A stretch of DNA of 64,000 nucleotides. It comes from Eledone cirrhosa (lineage: Eukaryota). The stretch lies in NCBI GenBank assembly GCA_964016885.1, contig OZ024743.1:335234001-335298000 (forward strand), in the 5' to 3' direction. How positions within the stretch are numbered: the stretch's first letter is position 1; every line of letters begins with the position of its first letter. Below are positions 11,970-25,900 of this stretch, piece by piece. Made by a program: the position numbers and the translations under genes. The notes under the pieces are model-generated. The model worked only from the letters and a program-made list of their open reading frames with translations. It was not told where the DNA came from and did no database searches.

Positions 11970-14160
11970 ACTATAATAATGCGCTTTCTAAAGCCGGTTA
12001 TCCTGATAAAATTAAATACAGTAAATAAACCAATCCTAGCAGATCTTACAGTAAAGTAATTAATTATGATCATTCCAATAACTTAAATAAAAGACCTAGA
12101 TACAAAAATATAATCTGGTATAATGCTCCTTTCTCTATTTCTATTAATAATAATATTCCTAAATTATTCTTTAGGGCCTTAGATAAATGCTTCCCTCCAT
12201 CACATATCTATAGTAAAATATTTAACTAACATACAATAATATTTTCCTATTCCACCGCCGCCAACATCTCCAACATTATCTCTAAACACAACAATGAAAT
12301 ATTAAATACTAAATCACATCCTTCCAACACTGAATGTCATAATAATAACAGTAGTACTCCCTACGTCATTGTTAACTCTAGGCTAGATTCTGCAAACTAA
12401 AATACGACGTCAAACGTAACTTCGTCGATTGTTCATAATACCAATCTAAATCAGGAAACTATTATTCCTATCGTAAATAACTTCTCCAATCCACTTCCTC
12501 CAATAAATAACACTAGGTCACTTGTTAATAACTCTGTTAATCTCTCTAATCGCATTTGTAATTGCCCTGTTAAAATTAAATGTCCTCTCAATAACCATTG
12601 TCTTGAAAAAAACTTAGTCTATGAATGTAAAGTTATAACTGATACCAATTCCTTTACCTATTTCGGTTCCACTTCCACCTCCTTCAAAGTGAGATTTTAT
12701 AATCTCAATTCCTCTTTTAAATACCAACTTAAAAGAACTAACGCAGCACACTCAGAACTCATATGGTCCTTGAAAGACAAAAATATTAACTATAACATCT
12801 CTTGGAGGAAGGTTTGTTCTGCCTCTCCCTACTTGAATGCCTCCCTATCTAGAACGTGTAATCTTTGTTTATCTGAGAAATTTACCATTATATCTAATTT
12901 AGATTCTATAATAAATAGACGCACTGATTTATTTTCTCTCTGCTTGCATAAATTCCACAGAACATTCCATAAAGTATACAGCTAATATCTAATACTTTAC
13001 TAGTTTAAATCCTTTTTCTCAAAGGCTTATATATATATATTTCTTTAAAAATATACCCATCTTTCTACCTTATTTCAATATTATTTATTATACATTATAT
13101 AATACTAGTTACTCATTCTATATCATTCCTCTTTATCACTTTCCTTTCTTCCTCTTTTCTTTCTTCCTTTTTCTTTTTAATTTCTAACCTCTAATCTGTA
13201 CTTTTTCTTCCTAACTACTACTCAATTGTTATTATTACTCACCACAACATATCCACTCTTCCATCTTTCTTCATATCATTTACCATAAAAATTATTATTA
13301 CCTTTTAAATGCATTATAGTATTACAATTAATAATCCTTCGTAAACATAAACATTTTTTTTTACGTTAGATTTTTCCTCCTTAGTTCCTTATATTTTTCT
13401 TCCTTTAATGCTCGTCTGACTTTTACATATTATATATTACAATACATAAAAACAAACCCTAACTAATCTCCTTTATTATATTATATTATTACCATTAGAA
13501 AATATTTCGTAAACATATATATTTTGATGTTAGATTTTTTATCTTTCTTAAACATTATTGTCTTCTTTGCTCTCTGCGCTCATTTGTAAATAAACTATTT
13601 ACATATATTGCGCACACATATTACATTACATAAAAACAAACTTAAACACTAAATAATTCCTCAAAATTCATAACTCATCCACTCTTCTACATCTTTTCAC
13701 AGTATATCCTTAATAACATTAATATTTTTATTTTAATAATACATATTAACAATTTCTTTTCCTCGAACATATTATTAAACCCTTCAATATACAAACCTTA
13801 ATTTAATATTATTCTTAACCCCCCCCCCCCCTTTTCGTTTCATCAACTCTTAATTTCAAATTCTTTTAAATTATCTATTATCTTCCAACGGCTTTTTAAC
13901 TTCTCTCTGTGAGACAATATATATTTTCTCAGTTGTAAAGGCTATCTCTCTCTCTCTATCACCCATCTCTCCTCCTCTCATCCTTGCTTCTTATACTACT
14001 CCCCCATCATTCTCTACTCTCATCTCCTCCTCTTTCTCACCATTTCCACCACCCCCTCACTTTTTCCCAATATCACACATCAATCTTAAATTATTTTTCA
14101 TATGTTGATTTAAAACTTCACTATTCACAAGTGTTTTTTAACCTTCATATCATGTATCCC

Positions 14161-14231
14161 TATTTTATCTGATGAAAACGCAGGTATCATCTCATGATGA
14201 TATTTGTTTCTGAAATGCGCATAATAAAATA
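14161..14231 (+). ncRNA. Type I hammerhead ribozyme in PLE 3' end
   Basis: Stem I tattttat/ataaaata; CTGATGA; long stem II gcaggtatcatc/gatgatatttgt; GAA; palindromic stem III atgcgcat; AUA triplet. Confidence 0.85.
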
Positions 14232-14261
14232 CTTGGAACTCTTTTAATCATCTTTTGATCT

Positions 14262-14307
<46 letters not shown>

Positions 14308-14480
14308 GAACAATGTGTTGATTATTCAACAAAGTTAATTTATAACAGGTTAAGCACTCAACTGTATTTCTTTTGGAGTATGATATCAATAATATTAATA
14401 AATGGAAAATATATTTATAAAACTATATTTATTTTATTATTATATATTTATTTTATTATATATATATATATATATATATA

Positions 14481-16597
14481 TTCTTCGTCCTCACTGAAAC
14501 CCATCTCAGTAACCTCCACTTGGAAGCCGAGGTGAAAGTGAAAGATTTCAAAGCCATCCGTGCTGATCGCGCTGGCAGAAGAATGGGAGGGACTGCCATT
14601 TATGTTCATAATTCTTTCTCAACAGAGGCTATGAACATATTTTCTAATGGATACTGCGAAGCAGTCACTGTATTCAGTCAAATCAAAAACCTAATAGTAG
14701 TTGGGCTCTATAGGCCACCCCAAACGCCTCTATCATGCTTGAAGGAATGCCTCAACAGCATAAAGTGTTTCATCCAAGAATGTCGCCCTGACAACATCTT
14801 AATGATGGGGGACTTCAACCTCCCCGGAGTTGACTGGTCCACAAACAGCCTGCCACCAGGTTCTTCTGCCTCAACCTCTGACAGGGAAGCAGTGGAATCG
14901 CTTCTTGACTTCGTGGATGATTTCTTCCTGTCCCAACTGGTGCTCGAACCAACGAAGTGCCACAAAAACGTCCTAGACTTAATTTTCAGCAATCACACTG
15001 ACACTATCCACAATATTGCAGTGGAGAAAACTCTACTCTCTGATCATGACATAGTTCTCTGTGATCTGAGATTCCACCGTCTAATATACAAACCCAATGT
15101 CATCTATCCTGTCCATCCGTTTGATGCTATGGATTTCCACAATGCAAACTGGGAAGCGATCAGTCATGATCTTGCACATGTCGACCGGTCCTTCACGCAC
15201 ACTCACACACCCACTAACATCAACAAGTCCTGGCAGACATTTGTGGACACTGTTACAAACATGTGTGCAAAGCACACCCCATTAACAACTATAAACAAAT
15301 CTAAGAGCAGAATCAGGAAAATTAAGAGAACTAACAAAAAAATCAACAAGCTGAAATACTGTCAGCAGCAACACATCAAGTTGACTGCCATTTCATCACT
15401 AGAGATTAAAATCATAACCTCCAAAACAATATGATGTCTATCATCAACAATCAGAGAAGAGCTGAAGAAGCCTGGGCCATTGAGAAGATAAAACTCAATC
15501 CCAAAGTGTTCTTTTAATTTGCAAAAAAACACAAAATCACTGGCTCTACTTTTGGCCCTCTAATTGATGAAAATGGCACTCTTCAAGACAATGCTAAAAC
15601 CATGGCTGAGATACTGCAGAAACAATACTGCTCTGTTTTCAGCAATCCTGATATGGACGATCTGGGCTGTATCGGCGATGTTACTCCCCATTACACCTTA
15701 TCAGACATAACGTTTGGCGCCCCTGATGTCTTAGCGGCAATATAGGAAATCAAGCATAATTCAGCATTAGGTCCCTGCTTGTGTCTTGAAGGCGTGTTAA
15801 CACCAACTTGCATATCCTCTTGCCAATCTGTGGCGGAAATCACTGGATGCTGGATATGTGCCAGAAAACCTTCTATCCCAGTCTGTTGTCACAGTTTTCA
15901 AAAAAGGAAACAAATCCCTTGCCGTGAATTACCGTCCAATCTCACTCACCTCTCATATCATTAAGGTATTTGAGAGAGTGGTGAGATCGCGAATGACTCA
16001 CTTCCTTGAGAGTAACAATATGCTGAACTCCAACCAGCATGGATTCTGTAATGGAAGGGATTGCCTGACGTAGCTACTGCATCACTTTGATGACATTTTG
16101 AGAGCCTTGGGAGAGGGTTCCAACACTGATGTTATCTACCTTGATTTCAGCAAGGCCTTTGACAGGGTTGATCACAACATTCTACTGAGAAGGCTGTCCA
16201 ATATTGGTGTCACTGGAAAGCTGTTGCAGTAGATCAAGAGCTTCCTGTCAAACAGAACCCAACATGTTGTAGTCGAAGGAGTCAAATCCAGCCCAGCCAA
16301 AGTCAGTAGTGGGGTCCCACAAGGCACTGTGTTGGGCCCACTTCTTTTCATCATCTATATTAATGACATCACTGACATCATCAAACACAGCAACATTAGA
16401 ATTTTCGCTGATGATTCCAAGCTCCAAAAGGTCATCAATGGCGTGGATGACCGGATAAGCCTTCAGTCAGACCTACTGGCTGTTACCCAATGGGCGGAAA
16501 AGAACAACATGTTACTGAACGAAGACAAATTCGAACTGATCCACTTTGGAAAAGAGGATGCTCTGAAACTCCGTACTCCCTTCCCTCCGGTGAAACT
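14481..16597 (+). mobile_element. CR1/L2-group LINE ORF2 fragment (AP endonuclease + RT), degraded
   Basis: LTETHL, GGTAIYV, LYRPP, MGDFNLP, LDLIF, SDHD; NYRPISLTS, YLDFSKAFD, GVPQGTVLGP, IFADDSKL; several in-frame stops. Confidence 0.9.
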
Positions 16598-16950
16598 AAA
16601 AAATAGCAGCCAAATCTACCTAACAAAACAGTTCTATAGTCTTACGCATTTTGTAATGTAGAACATGATATTATTTTAGAGAAATGCAGTATAAACATGG
16701 TTGAATTGCCATTAGTCATAGGTTTACTCTATCAGGATTTTGCTGGGGCCAAACAGCAGCTAGATCTATTTTTGTACTTGATAAGAATAAGCCGAGTCAT
16801 ATACATCTGTGTATTAGATTGATATCTCAAATCAAAACTTCATCAATTAAAATGAATCAAGATGGATCTATCTTACACATTGATTTCTGACTCCACTGAA
16901 CTAAACTTAACCAATTTTGAATATAGTGCAGTTATATATTGAACGTTGAT

Positions 16951-16996
16951 TCTTGTCTGATGAACCTGCGATAAGCAGTCGAAACCTCGAGAGCAA

Positions 16997-17001
<5 letters not shown>
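16951..17001 (+). ncRNA. Degenerate hammerhead motif
   Basis: tcttgt-CTGATGA-ac-ctgc/gcag-tc-GAAA-cctcgag..acatga; the cleavage-site region is corrupted. Confidence 0.45.
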
Positions 17002-17427
<426 letters not shown>

Positions 17428-17430
<3 letters not shown>

Positions 17431-18095
17431 CCACGAAACTACGTAGTCGAGGAATTTAGGAACAGTTTAGGTATGATACATTTTATTACTAATTATATCT
17501 AAATGTTTCTTCTCTCTTCATAATGTATTTTTAACTCTGATACTGGTTCAGTCTAGTTCAAACTGAATTGGTCTGTCCCAGTCATTCATTGAGCAACATC
17601 GGTGAAGTTGGCACCCTTAACTCACAGTTGGGTGCGGATGCATTCATGTATATATGTGTGTGTCCGCATGTATCTGTGTGTTTCTAAATATATTAATAAC
17701 TCCCTCTGGTCGAGCAATCTTTGAAGTGTGGGGACAACTGGAAAGCTTCCATTACTCATACTTCTCGCCTTCTTAACTACCTCTTCTGCGGCCTCGATAT
17801 GAATACCCCCTCCGCCTCCGTGGTATTTTCTTCGTGGTTATAAGAGGCTTAGCTCTGTTTCTCGACCGTTATATCGCGTGACTATCTCCCCCTCCGCCTT
17901 TTGGGATTCTTTCTCACGTCGTGTAGACGCGTTCTTGAGACTAGTAAAATGAGGTATCCTCTTGATAAGTCGGCAGACCTCGCAAGGACTCTATATCTTT
18001 GATATATTGTTTTTGTTTATGCCACGAAACTACGTAGTCGAGGAATTTAGGAACAGTTTAGGTATGATACATTTTATTACTAATTATATCTAAAT
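17428..18095 (+). mobile_element. Non-coding 591-bp unit with 77-bp terminal direct repeat (pLTR/retrozyme-like)
   Basis: 17428-17504 is identical to 18019-18095, and the repeat begins inside the hammerhead (atgccacgaaactacgtagtcgagga). Confidence 0.85.
17957..18044 (+). ncRNA. Type I hammerhead ribozyme, U3-A8 core variant
   Basis: Stem I tcctc/gagga; core TTGATAA; stem II gt(c)ggca/tgccac; GAA; palindromic stem III actacgtagt; GUC triplet. Confidence 0.8.
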
Positions 18096-18099
18096 TTAA

Positions 18100-18929
18100 T
18101 GTATAAACAACAATACAAAATAATTACCTCATTACCAGAGGTTTCCCGAATAAGACGAATACGAAAGTAACGTCTTCATTCGTTCGTCGGACGAGGCAAT
18201 ATAAAACATAGAGAAATATTTGGAAAGTCTCTTCAAGAAATGCAAAAAAAATTATATATATAAATAATTTTATATATAAATAATTTTTAAAAAATATAGT
18301 TAGGTGTGTGTATATGTATGTATATACACTCACAGATATACATATGTATGTATGTACAAATGTGTGTGTATAGTGAAAATGTGTGCGTAAATATATGTAT
18401 GATGGCAAGTATATCTGTGTATATGTAACCATAGACACAGACATGATATGAGTGTCTGGTTGACAGGTATACAGAAAAACAGGGTATTAGATACCTTATA
18501 AGAATATGAAGGCACGCTTATAACACACACACACGCGCGTACACTTATATGCGGAAGAAAAAGAGGTAAGGGAGTGTAATTGTAAAAAGAAAGTATCATT
18601 CTCGATATATTTATAAAAATGGAACAATAAATTAGAAAGAAAAAATTGCAAAGTAAAGAAAACAAACAAGGTACACGAGTACATACACACATATATCTAT
18701 AAGAAACATATATCTATAAAAAATATATATATACACGCAATACGTGCAGACAAAAGCGTATGCAAGCGTACATACACACACAGGATGCACATATATATAT
18801 ACATACACATCGCCCCATGTATATCTAATCATGCGTACGTACGCGACTGTATACACACACACATACACACACATTATATATATATATATATATATACATA
18901 CGCACACATACACATCCATACATGCAGTA

Positions 18930-18979
<50 letters not shown>

Positions 18980-19950
18980 TACATACACTCACGCACGTTG
19001 ACCCGCTAACATGCACACAAATAAAAATAAGAATGTAAAAAAACATAGATGTAAGAACACAGATATAAAAACACACATACATACACATATATATATATAT
19101 ATACACGCGCGCGCACATACGGAGGCGTTCGTGTACATATACAGAAAGTATACACACAAGAAGACGCTCAGACACATAGATACTGGGTGTAAAAACAGCC
19201 TTGTGAATAAGTGAGTACAAATATAAAAATATAAAATTGGCTGCGAAATAACAAAAATATCTGGAGTGGAAAACGCAAGTGACTGTGTAATCAGGTAGTG
19301 AAGAAAATAGGGAAGTAAAATGTGGAAAGTGAAGATATTAGGTAAGTGAATCGGAGAATAAGGGGGGGGGGGGTTAGTAGTGGTTGTGAAGTAAAAATAA
19401 AAATAAAAATAAAAATAAAAATAAAAATAAAAATAAAAATAAAAATAAAAATAAAAATAAAAATAATAATAAGGTTAAAAATGAAAGTAAATCAGAAAAG
19501 GTAGTCTTAAAGAGAATAAGTTAAGTGAAGAATAAGAGCTCATGGAGGATAAGTATCTGAAAGTGTGTTAAGTGATTTCACGTGTGGGCAACTGGTGAAT
19601 ATTTCTGTCTTTGTTTAGGCAGGTCTTTGGTGATTTAAGGTTTTGCAAAATCCAATATTTTTCATTTATGCAGAGCGTGCATTTTCTTGTTCCTCTTGCA
19701 TATTCTTTAGATTGGTTCAAAATTGACCAATCCAATTTATATTGGATACCTTGGTCTTTCAAATCCCATATTCTGCTAGCCAGAGCTGTTGTAAATCTTT
19801 TTTCTGGATGTCGAAAGGATGCGATATGTGAGTAATAACGCGTTTTGAATTTGTCTTGCGTCATACCCACATATCGTTGACTGGTGGCTGGTTGGTTGTT
19901 GTTGATGGTTGTCACTTTAGCCGCATATACAATGGCTTTGGTGTTGCATT
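18100..19950 (-). mobile_element. Penelope-like element 3' fragment (GIY-YIG endonuclease, long microsatellite-rich 3' UTR)
   Basis: ORF 19568..19915: IVY..YVGMT..FKTRYYSH..SF, IWDLKD, CTLCINEK. Confidence 0.8.
18124..18199 (-). ncRNA. Type I hammerhead-like motif (core CCGACGA) at PLE 3' end
   Basis: Stem I ttgcctcgt/atgaggtaa; stem II gaatgaagacg/cgtcttattc; GAA; stem III acc/ggt; GUA triplet; U4C substitution in the core. Confidence 0.7.
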
Positions 19951-20771
19951 ACAATATAATTCTTTTTAAAATTATATAATTATATATATTTTTTAAAAAT
20001 TGGAATTCCTTTTAAAATTATAAAATTATAATCCTTTTTAAAGTTATAACTCATATTTTATTTTATATTTTGTATTATTTTATATTATGTATTTTTTATT
20101 TATATATCTATATATGTATATGTGTATATGTATGTGTGTATATGTATGTATATATATATATATGTGTGTATATATGCATATATACACATGTATGTATGTC
20201 TGCGTATATGTGTGTGTGTATATATATCGAAATGTATAATTTTGAATACATTCTATGAATGAACCCATATAAAAGGTTTTTATGGTTTTTTTACGGTTTA
20301 TGCTTTAGATATATTCTTATGAAAAACTTTAAACATTAAGACGTTATAGTAAACAAACTTATATTTTAACAGTCACAACTGTATAACAGGTGGATTTATA
20401 AAATATATAAAATGTATACAATTATAACTTACCTAAAATAATATAAGGTTCTCTTATAATCTTAACTTTTTTTATCATCTTAACCTTTATAACTTAGAGC
20501 TATCTAAATTACAAATAAATCAATTAATTTCCCTCACGCTGTATTGCTATTACTAAGAAGACATTTTTCTTCGGTAAAATCTCTGAACATTCCTATATTT
20601 TAAACATATATTTTAAACATAAAAAAATTTTATTTTTTATTACTTCTTATAATTTTTATTGTTAATTAATTGAAAAATTAATAATTAATTGTTGGTTGAT
20701 GATTGATTGATAATACATTTATATACGGTTATGTAATAGTAACATATATTTCTTAATAATATTTTTTGATA

Positions 20772-20841
<70 letters not shown>

Positions 20842-21381
20842 GTATGTATATATATATTCTTTTGATAATATATAGATCTCAATTTTTAGTTTATAGATCT
20901 CAATAATTTAATTGATAAATTAAACATTTAATCAAATTTAAACATTAGATAACATTCTTCGGTTATTACTATTTATTTATTTATTTATTTATTCACGCTT
21001 TATTTACTCCGCGTAATTCATCCAATATATATTTATCTTTTCGCTTCATCATCTCATGAAATTACGTTAATACAACACTTAGAGATTTCTCTCTTTCTCT
21101 TTTTTTGTTTTTCTTTTGTTCTCCTTATTTGGGTTTGCTCTTTCTTTCTTTCTTTCTTTCTTTTTCTTTTTCTTTTCCTTTTCTTTTTCTTTTTCTTTTT
21201 TCGTTTTTCCCTATTCCAACGGCTTAATTTAAATGTATGGGATTGAAACCTCTCCGACATTTATTTGCATAATAGACCAATAATAATATTAGTAACCCCA
21301 CTATGCTGGAGCTTCCAACCGACATGGTCGCATTCTTTAAGTGGATGTCAATATTTGTTTATAAAACTGATCTATATTATA

Positions 21382-21442
21382 TTTTATATGATGAAAGCGC
21401 ACCATAATTTGCTTTGGTGTCCTTGAAATATGTATCATGAAA
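21382..21442 (+). ncRNA. Degenerate hammerhead, same family as 36937-37002
   Basis: ttttat-ATGATGA...GAAA-tatgta-TC-atgaaa, followed by the same taaatatagtttccattt tail as at about 37015. Confidence 0.5.
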
Positions 21443-21573
21443 GAAATACGGCTTTTTAAATATAGTTTCCATTTGTTAATATATTGTATTTTTACTCCAT
21501 AAATTTGTTGAGTGCTTTATATCAGTTATAAAAATATTTGCTTGTTGTATCCCAACAATTTAAATAGAACTTC

Positions 21574-21741
<168 letters not shown>

Positions 21742-21973
21742 CAAACAGCACGGACACTCTATCTCAAAATTATTTTTGAAAAGCATTTAGAAATGCGCAA
21801 CCGGTAAAAACTTAAAAACTTAAAACCACAACTGAATACTAACCCATACAATCACTAATACTCTTTTATTCCTAATTAAACCATTTTTCAACTGTGAACA
21901 ATTTGTCAGCATTTTCTATTCCGTTTACCAATATATATATATATATATATTTGTATATATAAATGTATATATA

Positions 21974-22180
21974 TACGTTATTCCGGGTTGAATCGGAGGT
22001 AACCACAGTAAGTAAGGTACTCAATACATTGCAGAGTATAAAAGTTTTAATATAGATGAGATTCTACAGGACTAGAACTGTTTCATTCTTTAGAAATCAT
22101 CAGGAATCTCATGAATTCCTGATGATTTCTAAAGAATGAAACAGTTCTAGTCCTGTAGAATCTCATCTATATTAAAACTT
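21974..22180. mobile_element. Short foldback element with two divergent hammerheads (22056-22112 minus, 22111-22166 plus)
   Basis: Near-perfect palindrome 22042-22180. Each arm reads (atgag)attc-CTGATGA-t-ttc/gaa-t-GAAA-cag..ctg-TA-gaat(ctcat). Inserted in (TA)n; second copy at 55866-56060. Confidence 0.85.
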
Positions 22181-22208
22181 ATATATATATATATATGTGT
22201 ATATATAT

Positions 22209-22360
22209 GGGGAAAGTATGACCCCGACGGCAGAGCTCAAGCCATTTCGACGGCTATTTCTGGATATATTTCCTTATTTCCCATTCTACTACCCTAAGTA
22301 TTGAGTACTCTGCTGCGGTATGGTCCATCTGTTTCCTTACCACAATTCCTTTGTTATATT
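22209..22360. mobile_element. Short rearranged copy of the 52521-53427 hammerhead family
   Basis: An inverted partial HHR (gaccccgacggcagagctcaagcc..) is joined to the family tail ctactaccctaagtattga..ggtccatctg. Confidence 0.75.
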
Positions 22361-22859
22361 TATTTACATATATATATATATATATATAAATGTATATATA
22401 TATATATATGTATATATACACACACACACATACGAACATTCACATATAGACCATACACACATTCGTAGACACGTATGGTATATATATTTATATATATGCA
22501 TATATACATATATACATATATGTTTAAATGCTTATCCATTAAAAACCTATATATGTGTTCTTGTGCGTGTGTCCTGTAATACGTCAGTATAGCTCCGTAT
22601 AGTTGACGGTAAAATAACATAAATAGGAAGCCATACATCAATAAAACATATAAGTACATATAACTATTGAATGAAATCATTGCAGATAGCTTAAGATATA
22701 TTGCTACGTTGATCTGTAAGTGCTTCGCTTTCATAACTCTTCACTACTCATGTTTACATTTGCTTTCATAGATAAACTCATGAACTGGCATGTGGCGAGT
22801 CAGTTAACTTTGGCAAATCACCAAACAACACACACACACGCACACACACACACATACAC

Positions 22860-22919
<60 letters not shown>

Positions 22920-22989
22920 GTATATGTATATATATACATACATGTCTATATGTATGGATATATATATATATGTATATATATATAACGGC

Positions 22990-25900
22990 GATGAATAAGT
23001 TTTGCGAGGTTCTTTATATGAAATCATGTGTCGAAACAACTATTGTTATACTTGGGGAGGGTCATATTTGTGTAATATAGCCAGAATTAATTACAGAACA
23101 CACTCACTGTTTGGTTGGTTTTCGCTTTTCGATTCTGTGTCTTTTATATCGGTAATCTAATTTACTCGGTCCTCAATGTTGCCATTGACAGACCGACGAT
23201 CAAAAATAATACAGATACAATATAAACACAAACACATATATATAGTTTATCATGAATCTTTCGTTGCACATCTGCAACTTCGTCAGTGGTGCTATTGTTT
23301 CCTCCCGTTGCATTGTATGTCTACGCCATTTTTATTTAGTCTGTCTATATATTTATTTGCTTGTTTGTTTATTTTATTTTGTCTTCTTTCCGCATGCGTT
23401 TGCGTGTGTGTATAGTGTTTTGTTTGATGTGTGATGTGTGTTCGTGATTGGGTGACTAGTGTGTGTTTATGTGTTTGTTGTTATTGTGCTTGTGTATGTA
23501 TTTATTTATCTATTTATTTACTTATTTATACTTCTCTTAGGCCAGTGTTGTTTGTTTGGGCGTTGTTGTTATTCCATTCATTCTTTCTGTTTAGTCTTGG
23601 CCTTCTAAGTTCTATTTCACTGGCCTCTCTGATTTGCCTATCTGCTGGGTCATTTCTATGTTTAGATATTATTCTAATTTCTATGTTGTCTATGTTACCG
23701 TCATGTTGGTGTCTGGCATGTTCGTATAGTACTGAACCGTTTTTTCGTCCTTTTAGTTCCCCCCAGTGTTGGTCTATCCTTTCACCTATGCTACGAGCTG
23801 TCTCACCTATGTATGTTGTTGTCATGTTTCTGCAAATAACCTCTGTACACCTTATGCTATAGACTACATTTCTAGTTTTACAGTTTATCCGGGGGTTAAC
23901 CTTACATATGATACATTTCCTATTGAAACAGTGGGTTTTCTTAAAAGGGTAGGTTTTGCTGAGCAGGGATTCTGTGGTGGTTCCTGGCTTTTCTACCACC
24001 TTAATTTTTAAGTGGGTCTTTCTCAGGGCCTTTCTACACTCGTTAGCCAATTTCCCTCCAGGGGTAGTGTCCACAAACATGACACTCTGGTATCTCTGGT
24101 TGTCGTACCATGAGGTGGCTTTCCCTATCTTATGTCTAGCCCTATCTAAACTATTCCATTATTTGCTCCTGTATAATGGGAAAATTCCTTTCATGTCCAG
24201 TTTTATGAGGGTCTTATACTTCTCCATGACTCCTTCGTATACTCTGACTCAGTCTCTTTGGTTGTAGCCAGAGAACTGCATGCGGTTGATGAAATGTTGG
24301 ATGTGTCTTTCCATTTCTGTTGGGTCGCACATCCGGGACACATTCTTCATCACTCGTACCAAATCTGCGATCAGAATATTAAACTTAGCCCTACTGGACA
24401 TTGCTGAGTTTTTGAGTATCAGGTATTTGGAGGCCATGGGTCTAGCATAGTGTGAGTGAAGAATTTGGGCTCTCTCGTCTATAGTGTTAATCCAGAGTTC
24501 CGTGTCTAATACAGGTAGTGTATTGTTAGGGTGTTTGGAAGGGTAGTCGATAGTTACAGTTATACTCTGGTGTATGGAATTAGCTATCTGCTGGATGCTT
24601 TCCATTGTGCTACGTTCTAAATCAAACTTGTTAGTGCTCTCTAGTGGGGATGTTCTTATAACTATATTGATATCGTCTACGTAACGAGAGTACATGATGA
24701 GGTCTATGGAACTCTCATTAAGCAGATCTTTAAGTCTCCTTTCCCACCATACTATGAAAAGGTTGGCAACGTCAACAGCTATGCTGACGCCAATGGCTGC
24801 TCCCTCATTTTGGGTGTAGATCTTCTCATTGAACTTAAATATGTGACCCTTTAGGGTAGTTTTGATACTAGCCCCTATTACATGTGCGACCATTTTTCTT
24901 ACCTGATCATTGTTTTGGGGGGTCCGTATAGCTTTGGTCCACCCAATCCACCTTCCCATGGGAGTCTTTTTTGCCATTGAGGTTATGGTGGGGGGTCTAC
25001 CTCTTATGGGTCTACTAGGGCAGAAACGTCTAAGGTCATGGCTGTCTAGGTAGTCAGTGTCGTAGGTAAGTCTAAGTAGGAGGCCCAGTTCGTCTGTGTC
25101 GACGTCGCAGAACTCCACCTCACTCTCAATGATCATCTCCACACACTTTTTCACAGCAAAATCAATGTTAATGGATGGGTACAGTGACATCACATCCATG
25201 CTGCCTATTATGCAGTTGGATAGGTTCCTGTTTTTGTTCCACTCACTGATTCTGCTGAGGAGGTCCTCTGTACTGTCACATACATCTGGGACATCTTGAT
25301 TATGGGGCGTATAACCATTGAGAGGAAGTAGGAGATCCTGTAGTTGCTAGCTATATTAGCTCTGCATACGGGTCTTGTTGGTGGTCCTGTTGTCGGGTCG
25401 TCGACTGTCTTGTGGTCTTTGCGGAGCCCATACAAGGGTGGTATGCCATTGTTAGACGCCTGGAAGTTGTTGGCAGTGCGTTTGCTTGGCTTTAGGATGT
25501 CAGTCCACATCATCATGTGAGCATTGAGGATTTTCTCTCTCCCATCGTGTGTTTTTTGTGCAATTTCGCTCGTGTTGGTGCTGTGGGGTTGCATAGCCTT
25601 GATGTAGTTCGGCATGCTATCTATTGACATCCTACCAGACATATCCGTGGGTAGACATACCACCTTACCATCCCTTGTGCGCTGCTTGAGGCTAACCAAG
25701 CCTTCTACAGGTTTCCTCCCAAGTTGTTGGGCCTCTGGTCTGCTCTGTCTCTTAGTAAACCGGTCTACTATTTGTATAATCTTATTTCTAGCTATGGTGA
25801 ACTGTGCCTCTGTCTCGTCATCTATTTGTTGTGGTATGCAAACTCTTTTATTAAAGGGTAACCTCGTAGGATAGATATTACCCATCTTATATGTTTTGTC

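Larger units (their letters stand above)
11533..14270 (+). mobile_element. Penelope-like element (probably Naiad-type), 5'-truncated, with an inverted copy of its 3' terminus at the 5' end
   Basis: RT thumb NFLDVSLNL..SNHP and IIWYNAPFS; CNC..CPL..C linker; GIY-YIG LVY..YFGST..FKVRF; CNLCLSEK. 11533-11576 is the reverse complement of about 14226-14269. Confidence 0.85.

Noticed and set aside
12550-12985. Selenocysteine (UGA) codons as reported in some Naiad PLEs
   Set aside because: The conserved Cys positions I read are ordinary TGT/TGC codons.
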